Virus record (IMG/VR): IMGVR_UViG_3300047494_000112
Span: 96,001 to 160,000 of that record
Strand: one strand, 5' to 3'
DNA length: 64,000 nt
Origin: a virus
Below, piece after piece: positions 37,466 through 47,762 of the stretch (position 1 is its first letter; every line of letters begins with the position of its first letter). The translations under genes were made by a program, and so were the position numbers. The notes under the pieces are model-generated. The model made no database searches and was not told where the DNA came from. It saw only the letters and a list, made by a program, of their open reading frames with translations.

Positions 37466-39353
37466 GTTAACGCAATCAGAAAAAGATGTCTCCTACTTTA
37501 AAGACGATCTGCACAAAATTCGAGCTAAGCCACAAATGTACGCTGGTGCGACAGACGTCACTGGCGTTTTTACGCTTCTACGTGAGATATTAGATAATGC
37601 AGTAGATGAAGCTAGAGCAGGACGAAATAATCAGATTGATATTTGGCTTACTGAAAAAGCATTTTGGGTTCGTGATTTGGGTACCGGAATACCTGTCAAA
37701 AAACATCCTGAGGCAAAAATTAGCACACTCACTCACATTCTGACTAGCTTACAGTCATCAGCAAAAATGACCTCAGGCAAAGCTTACAAGACTGCTATCG
37801 GAACCCACGGGGCAGGACTGAAAGTTACCAATGCTCTTAGCAAACTATATAGAGTATGGACTTACAGGCCTGATGCTGATGGCTGGCACCATACTGAATT
37901 TCAAAGTGGCGTTGAAAAAGTAAAAGTACAAAAAAGTAACGCTCCAAAGTTACCTGACGGAACAAAGCCAAAATCTGGCACTGTAATGATGTTCATTCCA
38001 GATGAGGTAATATTTGGCAAGTTTACCAAAGCTTGGTTAGGCTCTGATACTCAAAAGATAAAAACCCACTGTAAGATTATAGAACAGTGGAGTGAGATGG
38101 CTGCGTATATGAACGCAGGGCTACAGGTTACTTTTACTTTTCGAGATCAAAAACCCAAGGTTTGGAAATTTAAAGACGGTATTTATGCCTATACAACAAA
38201 GCGCCTATCTGATCTAAACGCTGAGCCTATTAACAAGAAGCCAATCTTTCATACGTCTCAAAACATGGACTTGGTTCTTTCCTTTGCCGATGTTGAAGGA
38301 TGTGAAATAGAGTTTTTTACCAACACTATCAGAAACATTGAACAGGGAGTTCATGCGGATGCTTTGTATAAAGCTATGTTTGACTCCCTAAAACCGTTTC
38401 AAAAGAAGCTAAAATACACTCCTACTGACCTCCGGGACGGATGTGTCGGTTTGCTAAATTATAAGATTGATGCTCCACAATTCGATAGTCAGACTAAGGA
38501 AAAACTTGTTGACGGGAGAGTAAAGGAGTCCTGCTACAAAGAATGTTTAGATACTTTGGAGGAATACTGGAAAAAGAACAAATCTATAGCTCAACAAATT
38601 GTCAAACGAGCTTCAGAACTACGGAGCATGACGGCTGATTTCTTGAAAGATAAAAAGCTGATAAAAAACGTCAATGCAGCTAAAAAGAAAATGAGCGCCA
38701 AGCTTGCTGATATTGTGGGAAATACACCAGTTGAAAAGACTGAGCTGTACCTAGTTGAGGGCGACAGTGCAGGCGGCCAAGCAAAGGCTGCTCGCAATAA
38801 ATCTTTCCAAGCCGTTTTTCCTTTAAAAGGGAAACCATTGAATGTAATGACTGCAAAAAAAGATAAAATTAACAACAATAAAGAGATTGCAGGAATACTT
38901 GCTGCCATTGGTCTGGACATGAATGCCAAAACTCCTACTGATAAAGTTAGATACGGAAAGATTATATTTCTAGCTGATGGTGATGATGACGGTCACCACA
39001 TTAATGCTTTACTGATTGGCTTATTTTGGAAATATTTGCCAGGCTTGTTCAAACAAGGTCGAATATATCTAGTTGATAGTCCAAAATACATCACTCGATA
39101 TAAAGGCAAAGTTCACTTTGCTCATACAAAAGAAAAGCTGTATAAAAGACTAGGAACTCAAAACTTGACTATAACCTATTTGAAGGGCTGGGGGGAACTT
39201 AATGCTATTGACATGAAACCTCTTGTGTTTGATACAGAGAGTAGAAAATTAATCAGACTAACTGTACCGAATGATAAAAAAAGCATCAAAGATTTTGAAG
39301 CTATGCTGAGTAAAGACAAAGAACTTCTTAGAGAAGATTTAGGGCTTAGCTAA
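37443..39353 (+). CDS. Type IIA topoisomerase ATPase/TOPRIM subunit (GyrB/ParE/gp39-60-like)
   Basis: EILDNAVDE, DLGTGIP, GTHGAGLKVTNALS, FDSQTKEKL, VEGDSAGG, PLKGKPLN, DGDDDGHHI, KGWGE; probable start ATG 37443. Confidence 0.93.
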   Translation: MTQKTGIRLTQSEKDVSYFKDDLHKIRAKPQMYAGATDVTGVFTLLREILDNAVDEARAGRNNQIDIWLTEKAFWVRDLGTGIPVKKHPEAKISTLTHILTSLQSSAKMTSGKAYKTAIGTHGAGLKVTNALSKLYRVWTYRPDADGWHHTEFQSGVEKVKVQKSNAPKLPDGTKPKSGTVMMFIPDEVIFGKFTKAWLGSDTQKIKTHCKIIEQWSEMAAYMNAGLQVTFTFRDQKPKVWKFKDGIYAYTTKRLSDLNAEPINKKPIFHTSQNMDLVLSFADVEGCEIEFFTNTIRNIEQGVHADALYKAMFDSLKPFQKKLKYTPTDLRDGCVGLLNYKIDAPQFDSQTKEKLVDGRVKESCYKECLDTLEEYWKKNKSIAQQIVKRASELRSMTADFLKDKKLIKNVNAAKKKMSAKLADIVGNTPVEKTELYLVEGDSAGGQAKAARNKSFQAVFPLKGKPLNVMTAKKDKINNNKEIAGILAAIGLDMNAKTPTDKVRYGKIIFLADGDDDGHHINALLIGLFWKYLPGLFKQGRIYLVDSPKYITRYKGKVHFAHTKEKLYKRLGTQNLTITYLKGWGELNAIDMKPLVFDTESRKLIRLTVPNDKKSIKDFEAMLSKDKELLREDLGLS

Positions 39354-40789
39354 TGGAAAAAATCAGAGAAAAGTATTTTACTGTTGCGGGTAAAGAAGCC
39401 TACTATACATACTCTAATATGGTCAATGAGGATCGTTCCATTCCTACTGCATTAGAAGGTCTCAAACCCAGTGGACGAAGAGCCTTGTGGACTTTGCATA
39501 CCTTGGGGCTTACTAGTAAAGCCGGGTATATGAAAACGGCAAGAGCAATTGGAGAGTGTCTTGGAAAATTTCATCCCCATGGTGACAAAAGTTTACACGA
39601 TACATATGTTACCTTAGTTCAAAGTCCACTGTCAATGGCTGACGGTTCCGGCGGCTGGGGCAGCTTTGCGAATCCAAAAGGCATTGCTGCCATGAGGTAT
39701 TCTGAAATTCGCATGTCGCTTTATAGCGAAAAGGTTTTCTTTGACAAATTTTATCTTCCAACTGTAAAGCTATATCCAAACTATGACGGTAAAGAAGTTG
39801 AGCCGTTGATCCTACCCTCTTTGGTACCTAATCTTCTAGTAAATGGAAGCTTTGGTATCGGCGTAGGTGTAAGTACAAGCAATCCTAGCTTTACCTTTGC
39901 AAGTGTTGTAAAAGTTCTGATAAAGACTTTAACTAGTAAAGAACCCTGTACGCCAAAAACTTGTATGGACTTGGTGTTTACTTCAAAGTACGAAGGTATA
40001 CCCGTATTTAGTAAAGACGAATTTTTACGACTACATAGAACAGGAAAAGGTAAGGTAAAATTTGTATCTAAATACACTTTGGATCCCAAGAAAAAAGAAA
40101 TGCGAATAACGCAGTTTGCACCTTTTGGTAGCTTAGAAAAATGCTTAGAAAAAGCATTAGCAATGAAGACTGTTGCGTCTGTTAATGAGATATCAGACGT
40201 GACTGATAAGCACGGGACAATTTTAGTCAAATTACGCATGACTGGTAGCGAAGCAGAGTTAAAGAAAGAAGCAGATAGAATAATTGACCAGGCTTTTTCA
40301 GCACAAAAAAGCTACAATATTAAGGTGCTTGATCGAGAACTAGATGAAGATAAACAGGATACAAAACGTAAATTGCGAGACGCAATTACTCCTGAGTTGA
40401 TTAACGGCTGGATAAAATATCGAATAGCAATGGAAATTGAAGCTTGCCAATATTGGATAATTCAGGTTCAAAAAGAAATTGATTACCGTTTGCTTTTAAT
40501 TAAAGCTGTTGACCAACTTGAAGTCATCATTAAAGCTTTACGTCAAAAATTTTCAAAGGACGAATTGCGTGCCTACGTTGCCAAGCACATGAGGATAACC
40601 TCTGATGAAGCTGAAGTTATTATCAATCTAAAAGTGTATCAATTGCGTCGGCTTGAAGCTAATCAGCTAAAACAGGAAATTGAAGAGAGAAAAAAGACAA
40701 TTGCCGGTTACAAAGAGAGGATAAAAAATCCTGCTACCTATATCGCAACCCAACTAGATGGTTTTGCAAAAACTTTTGCCAAAACCTAA
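39353..40789 (+). CDS. Type IIA topoisomerase breakage-reunion subunit (GyrA/ParC/gp52-like, no CTD)
   Basis: EGLKPSGRR, KTARAIGE, HPHGD, AAMRYSE, PNYDG, PNLLVNGSFGIGVG. Confidence 0.93.
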   Translation: MEKIREKYFTVAGKEAYYTYSNMVNEDRSIPTALEGLKPSGRRALWTLHTLGLTSKAGYMKTARAIGECLGKFHPHGDKSLHDTYVTLVQSPLSMADGSGGWGSFANPKGIAAMRYSEIRMSLYSEKVFFDKFYLPTVKLYPNYDGKEVEPLILPSLVPNLLVNGSFGIGVGVSTSNPSFTFASVVKVLIKTLTSKEPCTPKTCMDLVFTSKYEGIPVFSKDEFLRLHRTGKGKVKFVSKYTLDPKKKEMRITQFAPFGSLEKCLEKALAMKTVASVNEISDVTDKHGTILVKLRMTGSEAELKKEADRIIDQAFSAQKSYNIKVLDRELDEDKQDTKRKLRDAITPELINGWIKYRIAMEIEACQYWIIQVQKEIDYRLLLIKAVDQLEVIIKALRQKFSKDELRAYVAKHMRITSDEAEVIINLKVYQLRRLEANQLKQEIEERKKTIAGYKERIKNPATYIATQLDGFAKTFAKT

Positions 40790-40822
40790 TCTGGTAAAAT
40801 ATACATGAAGGGGTTACTCTAG

Positions 40823-41891
40823 ATGGAAAAAGAAATATTAACCTTTGCTCAAGCAATTGAAATAATGGACAAAGGCGGAGTAGTCTGTCTTGGAAAAGAG
40901 GCAAACGTTATCTACAAAAAAATTTTTGGTCTGTACGTTAAACGTTTCGGCTGGTTCAGCGTAGAGAATGCCGTCTTTCAAGGCGAACATTTTAACTTGC
41001 CTTGGTACGAAGTTAAATCCGTCGATGTAGCAAAGGGAGAGGCTCGTGTCTGATAATCAAGAAGTATCACTAGAAGTAAAGAACGCATTGCAGAGCGCTT
41101 TGGATGACGTCTCAGATAACCCTCTTACAGAAATGCGCTTATATGTCTTTGAACAAATGATGGAGCTACTTAAAAATGTACCCGATCAATTTGAAACGTT
41201 GGCTGTTGCTCGTTTAGCATTGATAGGCAATGTAACGGGTTTGGTTCAGCAAAACGCTAACTTAATGTCACTTGTACAAAGTGTCTGTGAGTGGTTTGGC
41301 GTTACTGTAAGAGTAACTGCTTACAACGGCACTCAAGTATTTGAGCAAGATTTAGCTATTGTTGCAGATTCAAGATACGATATTAAAACTTTGCAGCAAG
41401 CCATGATTTCACTAAAGGCAAAAATCAATATTATTGTCAGTGAAGCCGAAGCTAAAGGCAAACTGCACGATGAATTGAACAACAAAATTATCAACATGAC
41501 CGAAGAAACGGTTAGACTGCAAAATCGAATAAAAGAATTTGCAAACGCTCCGCCTCCTTTGACAATTGAAAAACCCTTTCGTTTAGCGCGCTCATTCATT
41601 AAAGATGGACAAGTGCGCTTTTTGTACATTTGCAAAGACGAGACTGGTGATCAAGGATACAAAGTCACTAAGCATTTAAGCAAGGCACTAGCTTGGGATG
41701 ATGCTGGTAAGGCAGCAGAACGTTTGGTGCATCTAATGCAAAACGCTTTGGAATATCCAATACCCAAAATTTACGATTACAATGTTTTGTCTCTTCATGT
41801 CATGAACCCTTCTACAAAGATCTCGACTGAGACCCAACTAGCTCTCTCTCAAGCTCGAATTAGAGCTGAGAAAAACTTGAAAGCTAAATGA
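40823..41891 (+). other. Two hypothetical CDS (40823..41053, 41046..41891)
   Basis: Coupled ORFs. Confidence 0.6.
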
Positions 41892-41892
41892 A

Positions 41893-43626
41893 ATGAGATT
41901 AATAGACCTACTTTCAGCACTCAAAAAGGAACTAGAAGCTGCTAGAGCTTCCGATGGTTCTGAAGAGCAGCTTGAGCAACACTATCATACTTTGACTGCT
42001 AGATTTGATGAGTTAAATAAATACAAGTTATCAGATGATGTTGTAGTCGTGGGTATCAATATTGCTGAAGTTAAATCGGATTTAAAGAACGTTAAAAACG
42101 TTTTTTATTCAGTACACTCTGGTCTACTTGATGATGAGATAAATAAAGGAAAATATTCACGCGAATTGGGAATATTGGCTGTCAAGGTAGGTGAAGCTGT
42201 CGATAGAATTAGTAAAGAATACCTAAAGACGGCAATGATAAAATTTACAGAAAAAGCCTCTCCTGCAGTTGCTTTGCAAGTTGAAGCTGCTACAGATTCA
42301 AAAAAGACTTTCAAGGCTCTAGTTGATATGAGCCAAGAATTGCAGGAAGCCAAGCATGATATAGAAGAAGCAGGGAAAATTCAAATAGGCCTCAATATAG
42401 AAGATCCTTTGCATGTTAAATACCTGCGTGAAACGCAATCAGCTCCTTCCACGCCAGAGGGTTTTCGAGCCTTGCAGGACAAGGACAAAATTAGTCATGA
42501 TCCAAAGGAAGCTGAAAAAGATCAAAGAGTAAGGCTAAACAATCTGAATCAAGACGACAGAGCTTATTCTGTTCTTGAAAATTACCAAGACGGTGTACGC
42601 AAATTAGCTGCAACCCATTGTTTGCCTAATATGAACTGGACAATAGGGCGAGGTCCAGTTTGGTTCATGTCAAAACCTGCATTAAAAGAATTTCAAATCA
42701 AGGGGTTAAAAGTTAGATTTGATCCTTTCTTTCCTGGTTGGATAGTAGCAGATCAATATCTGTTAGGCATAAAGCCAAGTTTGTTAAAAGACAAAAAAGA
42801 GCTTCTGCATTCACTAAGGCACATTCGTGAAGCTTTTAGTCAGAGGTTTTACACTCCTTTTGTATATGTTACCTTGCCGCATGTAAATTTAAACAATAAA
42901 GAAATTTCAAAAAATAAAACAAAGGAAGAGACTAATCAATACGGTCAGCTTGTGATCAATAAAAAGAAGCAGCGATCTGATCCTGGACTAAAAGAAGACA
43001 TTAGTGTGGAGATTCCAAAATTTAAACCATTACCAGGCAGTAGTTTAATCTGGACCTGGTTGATGCCCGAAAACAAATATAATGCTTTGCCTTTTCTAAA
43101 AATACAAGATTTTGGATTTCCAGTAGCGCAATCAATGCGTAAATTGGATGAGCGAATGGCTAACAGCATTATTCCTTCCCTAAAAGAAGATGCTGCAAAA
43201 CGAGATGCTTTGATGCGTGAATATAGCATTAAAGTAGACAAGGAGTATTATGAACAGGTTAAACCTTTAACCGCTCAGATTAAAGAGATTGAGGAGAAAG
43301 TTACCTCAATGGAATTGACAAAAACTGATCTGGCAACACGTTATGTCAAGCTAGAAGAGCATCTGAAAGAGTTGCAGCAAAGTTTAGCGCTGGCAGGTAT
43401 AGGCTCTTTGCGAGAAAAGCTAAGCCTTGAGATTCAAGCACAAGAAGACAAAATAGCTGCTCTAAATGGACAAATTGAAGGCCATAGAGCAATTATTAAA
43501 TCCTTGGGCAAAGAGTCAAAGTCAATTAAAGCTCAAATGGCGGCTTTGCAATCTCGTATTCGTCAAGAGCAAATGAGCGCGATAAAAGCTATAAAAGAAG
43601 GGAAAAAACCGGAGGATCCAAAATAG
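41893..43626 (+). CDS. Large hypothetical protein with C-terminal coiled coil
   Basis: 577-aa ORF; heptad-rich last 140 aa. Confidence 0.75.
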   Translation: MRLIDLLSALKKELEAARASDGSEEQLEQHYHTLTARFDELNKYKLSDDVVVVGINIAEVKSDLKNVKNVFYSVHSGLLDDEINKGKYSRELGILAVKVGEAVDRISKEYLKTAMIKFTEKASPAVALQVEAATDSKKTFKALVDMSQELQEAKHDIEEAGKIQIGLNIEDPLHVKYLRETQSAPSTPEGFRALQDKDKISHDPKEAEKDQRVRLNNLNQDDRAYSVLENYQDGVRKLAATHCLPNMNWTIGRGPVWFMSKPALKEFQIKGLKVRFDPFFPGWIVADQYLLGIKPSLLKDKKELLHSLRHIREAFSQRFYTPFVYVTLPHVNLNNKEISKNKTKEETNQYGQLVINKKKQRSDPGLKEDISVEIPKFKPLPGSSLIWTWLMPENKYNALPFLKIQDFGFPVAQSMRKLDERMANSIIPSLKEDAAKRDALMREYSIKVDKEYYEQVKPLTAQIKEIEEKVTSMELTKTDLATRYVKLEEHLKELQQSLALAGIGSLREKLSLEIQAQEDKIAALNGQIEGHRAIIKSLGKESKSIKAQMAALQSRIRQEQMSAIKAIKEGKKPEDPK

Positions 43627-43697
43627 TGGCTAAATTTGCTTAATGCGATCCAGACTGTAGAATACACGTGCCTAAAAATTTAAAACAGGAGAACACA

Positions 43698-44366
43698 ATG
43701 GACTTTGGTTTCGATAGCACAAAATTAATGAACCGCTTCTTTCGCAAAGTTGATGGAGTGGTTTGGGACTTGCTTTCCGGTAATGTAGGGGTTAGGACAA
43801 ACGAAGGTATTGCTAGCTTAACTGAGGAAATTGAGGAAGTTCCTTCTACCAAAGCTGGAAAAATTGTTCCAGGCACCATTAGTTATGGCGTAACCATTAA
43901 CCCAATGGAGAGCATGGGATTTCCTTTGCCTGCATTTGCACAAAACACTCCTGCTTCTTCAGTAAAGCCGGGTGATCTTATCAGTGGTGCAAAAGGATTA
44001 ATGGGTTGGGTTACAGACATTAAGCCCAAATCTTACAGCATAATGAAGGCTGACGGAACCATTACAAATTGGTTCCCGCCAAAGGTTCAGTTCTTTGGAC
44101 CGGAAAGCGGAATTATGGTTGTAAGGTCTTTGACTAACCTAATGGGCGGCAGCAAGGACGGTGTTGCTAATCTTGGCAATATGCTTTTGCCTATGCTAAT
44201 GATGAATGAAGGCAAAATTGATTCTAGCATGGAAAAAATGTTGCCGTTGATGCTGTTTGGAGGCATTGGCGGAATGACAGGTGCAGGTTCCACTGCTGGT
44301 GGTATGAATAACATGATGCCCATGCTAATGATGATGAGCATGATGAAAGGTGGAAAGTCTTTTTAA
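43698..44366 (+). CDS. Hypothetical protein with Met/Gly-rich C-terminus
   Basis: AGGAG SD, ATG 43698; MLLPMLMM / MLPLMLF / MMPMLMMMSMM repeats. Confidence 0.75.
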   Translation: MDFGFDSTKLMNRFFRKVDGVVWDLLSGNVGVRTNEGIASLTEEIEEVPSTKAGKIVPGTISYGVTINPMESMGFPLPAFAQNTPASSVKPGDLISGAKGLMGWVTDIKPKSYSIMKADGTITNWFPPKVQFFGPESGIMVVRSLTNLMGGSKDGVANLGNMLLPMLMMNEGKIDSSMEKMLPLMLFGGIGGMTGAGSTAGGMNNMMPMLMMMSMMKGGKSF

Positions 44367-44453
44367 CTCAGGAGAGGGGAGGGTCGACCTCCTCTCCGTC
44401 TACATTTAATCGACGTAAAAAAAGCTGGTTTGACGAATAATAGGAGAAAGTAA

Positions 44454-45365
44454 ATGGGTAATAGTAGCTGGACAGCCGTAGATAATGTTACCGGGGTAAC
44501 TGCAAGCATGGCTTATGCTTCAAATGCCAATCTGCGTAGCAACAAACGTCTTGAGGATATTTTTGTCAATAATACTATCCAAAAGACAATGGATCCCATT
44601 CATATCACATTTCGTGAATCGCGTGATTCAGAAGCTAATCCTAATTCGTTGGCTATTATTCTGGGATTGGATGTCACCGGTAGCATGGGTATGATCGCTG
44701 ATGACATGGCAAAACGTAGTCTCGGAGTCTTGATGGATGAGATTCATAAGCGCAAAAATGAATATGATCCACATATCATGATCATGGGTATAGGTGACGT
44801 GGAGTACGATCAATCTTTTCTGCAAGTTAGCCAATTTGAAGCTGACTTGAGGATTGATGATGAGCTGCAAAAGCTACACATTGAAAAAGGTGGTGGCGGT
44901 AATAATTCTGAGTCTTATAATCTAGCTTGGTGGTTTGCGGCCAACAAGACAAAAATTGACTGCTGGGAAAAACGTTCACAAAAAGGTTTGGTGTTCACAA
45001 TTGGTGATGAATTGCCTCCACCAGAGGTAAGTAAGACATCTTTTCGCCGCCTTTCTCATCCTGTTCAAGCTGACATTGACTCTAAAGAGCTTCTTTTAGA
45101 AGCTCAGAAAACCTATGATGTATTTCACATTATTGTTGAGGAAGGGAGTTACGCTTTATCAAGAAAAAAGCCTGTCATTGCAGCATGGACTGAATTACTA
45201 GGTAAACGCGCACTACCCTTGTCCGATTACAAGCGTTTGCCTGTTGTAATTTTATCTGCAATTGAAGTAAACCAAGGAGCTGATCCTCTTGAGGTAGCAA
45301 ATTCTTGGCAAGACAAAAAAGACAAAGTCGTTGTTTTACATGCTTTCGGTTTAGACAAACAGTAA
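44454..45365 (+). CDS. von Willebrand factor A domain protein
   Basis: IILGLDVTGSMG MIDAS, GGGGNNSESY, VFTIGDE. Confidence 0.85.
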   Translation: MGNSSWTAVDNVTGVTASMAYASNANLRSNKRLEDIFVNNTIQKTMDPIHITFRESRDSEANPNSLAIILGLDVTGSMGMIADDMAKRSLGVLMDEIHKRKNEYDPHIMIMGIGDVEYDQSFLQVSQFEADLRIDDELQKLHIEKGGGGNNSESYNLAWWFAANKTKIDCWEKRSQKGLVFTIGDELPPPEVSKTSFRRLSHPVQADIDSKELLLEAQKTYDVFHIIVEEGSYALSRKKPVIAAWTELLGKRALPLSDYKRLPVVILSAIEVNQGADPLEVANSWQDKKDKVVVLHAFGLDKQ

Positions 45366-45375
45366 AAAAGGAGTT

Positions 45376-45853
45376 TTGAAAATGAGTAACGAATTAAAGA
45401 AACACTACTATGTCAAATCTGACAACTATTTCTTTTTCTTGACAGATCAAGAAGAGTACTGCTGGCTAGAAGAACAAGATGAAGCTACAGTATTTGATAT
45501 GGATGATGCTATGACATTAGGACGAATGATCAAAAAATATAATCCTAAAGCCAAAATAACCCTATGTGTTCAAGAGATGATTGAAATTACTTTACAAGAG
45601 GGAGAATAGTATGAATAAATACTACGTTAAATCTGGTGTCATGTATCTTTCATTGAGTAAATCAGGTGAAAATTATACGATGTGGGAATCAGATACAGAT
45701 GACGCAACTTGGTTTTCAAAAGAAAATGCTATTGTTATGGCTACACTTTTAAAGACTCGCTTTCCAAAAGAAAGTATTCGAGTTGTGGGTTTAGAGATTT
45801 CTGAGATTGACATAGACGAGCCGGAAGAAAAACGTCCAACACGACTCCGTTAA
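45376..45853 (+). other. Two small paralogous CDS (45376..45609, 45611..45853)
   Basis: Both begin (K)YYVKS and share W..DEATVF / DDATWF, A..(L/M), and (I/V)..(E/L)EI. Confidence 0.6.
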
Positions 45854-45917
45854 AGTGTTTCAACCTGGGAGGGGGTGCAGAAATTACCCCCTCCAATTCT
45901 TTGTGGGAGAGCTGAAA

Positions 45918-47132
45918 ATGGTACTCGAAGGCCATGCTATCATCGGAGCAGGCTACGGAGATGAGGGAAAAGGTTTAATTACTCACTACAAATGCAGATC
46001 AATTAAAAAACAATTGGGTAGAGTTATAAACGTTAGGTTCAACGGCGGGGCTCAGGCGGGCCATACAACATACAGCGAAAAAACTAATACTCGCCATGTA
46101 TTTAATACATTCGGTTCAGGTACAATGGCAGGAGTAAAAACTCACCTATCAGAATTCTTTCTCTTTGATCCTTTAATGTTTGAGCGTGAGAGAACTACTC
46201 TTCGTGAAAAAAACATTCCTTTTCAGCGACCAACCATTAGTCCACTTTGTTACATGGTAACCTTTATAGATATTATTCTAAATCAATCTGCTGAGATATT
46301 GAGAGGCTCTAATAGACATGGGTCTTGCGGCATGGGAATTGGAGAAACTGTCGAACGCTCTGAAAATTCAGATTACGATTTTGTTGTTGGAAATCTTGCC
46401 GGTGATAACAAAGGACATCTGCTAGAGATTTTAATGGACTGTTGGAAAAACTACCTACCTGAAAGAGCCGAAAAATTAGGCGTTACTTCGGATAAATATG
46501 AAGAATTAGAAATGAAGCTCTTTTTTGAAGACAAAGACTATGCTCATTTCATGTTGTCTAAATGGTACGATAGTGCTAAACAAGCATTACGCCATATTAC
46601 TTTGGTTCCTGATGAACAGCTTGAAGCTGAAGGAGTTGTATTTGAAGGAGCGCAAGGCTTAAAATTAGATATGGATAATGGAACTTTTCCATACGTCACT
46701 CGGTCAAATACAGGATTGACTAACGTTGCTAAACTCTGTGAAAAAATGAATGTAGGCGTGTTGAATACAACCTATGTTTCTCGTACTTATAAAACCCGAC
46801 ACGGAGAGGGTCCAATGCTACATGAATTAGAAGGCCCTCCTTCTATGCAGTTTGCAGATCAAACCAATAAACCAAATCCGTATCAAGGCTCGCTACGATT
46901 TGGCTTACTTGACTTAGATGAGCTAATGCAAGATATATTGGCAGATGCAAGTAAAGCACGGACAACTGTATCTGTTGCACTTACCTGTTGTGATCAGATA
47001 CCTGATGGCACTTTTGTCGTTACTAATGGAAAAGCTGAAAAAATGACAGCAATGGAAATAGCCAAAAAAATTGGCATTACAAAGCTAATGTCATATGGTC
47101 CAACGGTAAAGGACATTAAGAAAGTTTGCTAA
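45918..47132 (+). CDS. purA: Adenylosuccinate synthetase (divergent PurA family)
   Basis: GAGYGDEGKG, RFNGGAQAGHT, HGSCGMGIGET, FEGAQGLKLD, PYVTRSNTG, TRHGEGP. Confidence 0.85.
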   Translation: MVLEGHAIIGAGYGDEGKGLITHYKCRSIKKQLGRVINVRFNGGAQAGHTTYSEKTNTRHVFNTFGSGTMAGVKTHLSEFFLFDPLMFERERTTLREKNIPFQRPTISPLCYMVTFIDIILNQSAEILRGSNRHGSCGMGIGETVERSENSDYDFVVGNLAGDNKGHLLEILMDCWKNYLPERAEKLGVTSDKYEELEMKLFFEDKDYAHFMLSKWYDSAKQALRHITLVPDEQLEAEGVVFEGAQGLKLDMDNGTFPYVTRSNTGLTNVAKLCEKMNVGVLNTTYVSRTYKTRHGEGPMLHELEGPPSMQFADQTNKPNPYQGSLRFGLLDLDELMQDILADASKARTTVSVALTCCDQIPDGTFVVTNGKAEKMTAMEIAKKIGITKLMSYGPTVKDIKKVC

Positions 47133-47133
47133 C

Positions 47134-47577
47134 GTGCCAATAGATTTAATTGAAAGAGGTAAAGCTCTTTGTAAGCATTTTCCGGACTCTGAATCATGTG
47201 GAATCTGTAACACAACAATTGAAGTTCAACAGCATCACTTGTGGCCTAGACATCTTCATGGTCCTGAAGATGGGCCACTATTTCCTATATGCTCAGCTCA
47301 CCATCTAATGATACATCATTTAGCAGGTAAGGAAAAAGAAATTCCACCTGGTTTTAATGAGAACCAAATCAAACTAATTAAACTGCTTGTGCAATTTATC
47401 AATATTGCCAAGGTACAAGCTGAAGATTTAGATCCGACTATGCTTGATCGAAAAATAATGTTCACAGTACCTCAAGCTCTACTTAAAAGAGCGCATAAAC
47501 GCAAGCAGGATAAAGGCTACAGTCGTCTTCAAGATTATTTGACTGACCTGATACTTCAAGATACAATGGAGCTCTAA
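47134..47577 (+). CDS. HNH domain fused to ribbon-helix-helix-like domain
   Basis: CGIC..QQHHLWPRHLHG..PICSAHHLMIH; C-terminal KIMFTVPQALLKRAHKRKQDKGYSRLQDYLTDLILQD. Confidence 0.55.
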   Translation: MPIDLIERGKALCKHFPDSESCGICNTTIEVQQHHLWPRHLHGPEDGPLFPICSAHHLMIHHLAGKEKEIPPGFNENQIKLIKLLVQFINIAKVQAEDLDPTMLDRKIMFTVPQALLKRAHKRKQDKGYSRLQDYLTDLILQDTMEL

Positions 47578-47666
47578 TTTAGGTAAAAAAATGTACTTTG
47601 TAGTAAAAGTGTGTATAACAACAATTTGTTGTAGTCTAATCCTTAAACAAATGAAACGTCTGATCT

Positions 47667-47713
47667 AAAAATCTGAAATACCAATTGCAGATTTTTGTAA
47701 GGTTTGTTATAAT
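47667..47713 (+). promoter_or_regulatory. Sigma70-type promoter with an inverted-repeat operator over the -35
   Basis: TTGCAG(47685)-17 bp-TATAAT(47708) with extended TG; AAAAATCTG(47667)/CAGATTTTT(47688) inverted repeat. Confidence 0.7.
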
Positions 47714-47762
47714 TTAGGTACACCAACTATGCGTAAATTTTGGTGAACAAAAGGGGTGAGGT

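Noticed and set aside
9043-40789. Inteins or group I introns in nrdA, nrdB, recA or topoisomerase
   Set aside because: The reading frames are continuous and of normal length except the RecA insertion, which lacks intein terminal residues.
45918-47132. PurZ (2-aminoadenine genome)
   Set aside because: It retains GDEGKG (Asp) rather than the PurZ Ser, and no datZ/mazZ-type partners are adjacent.
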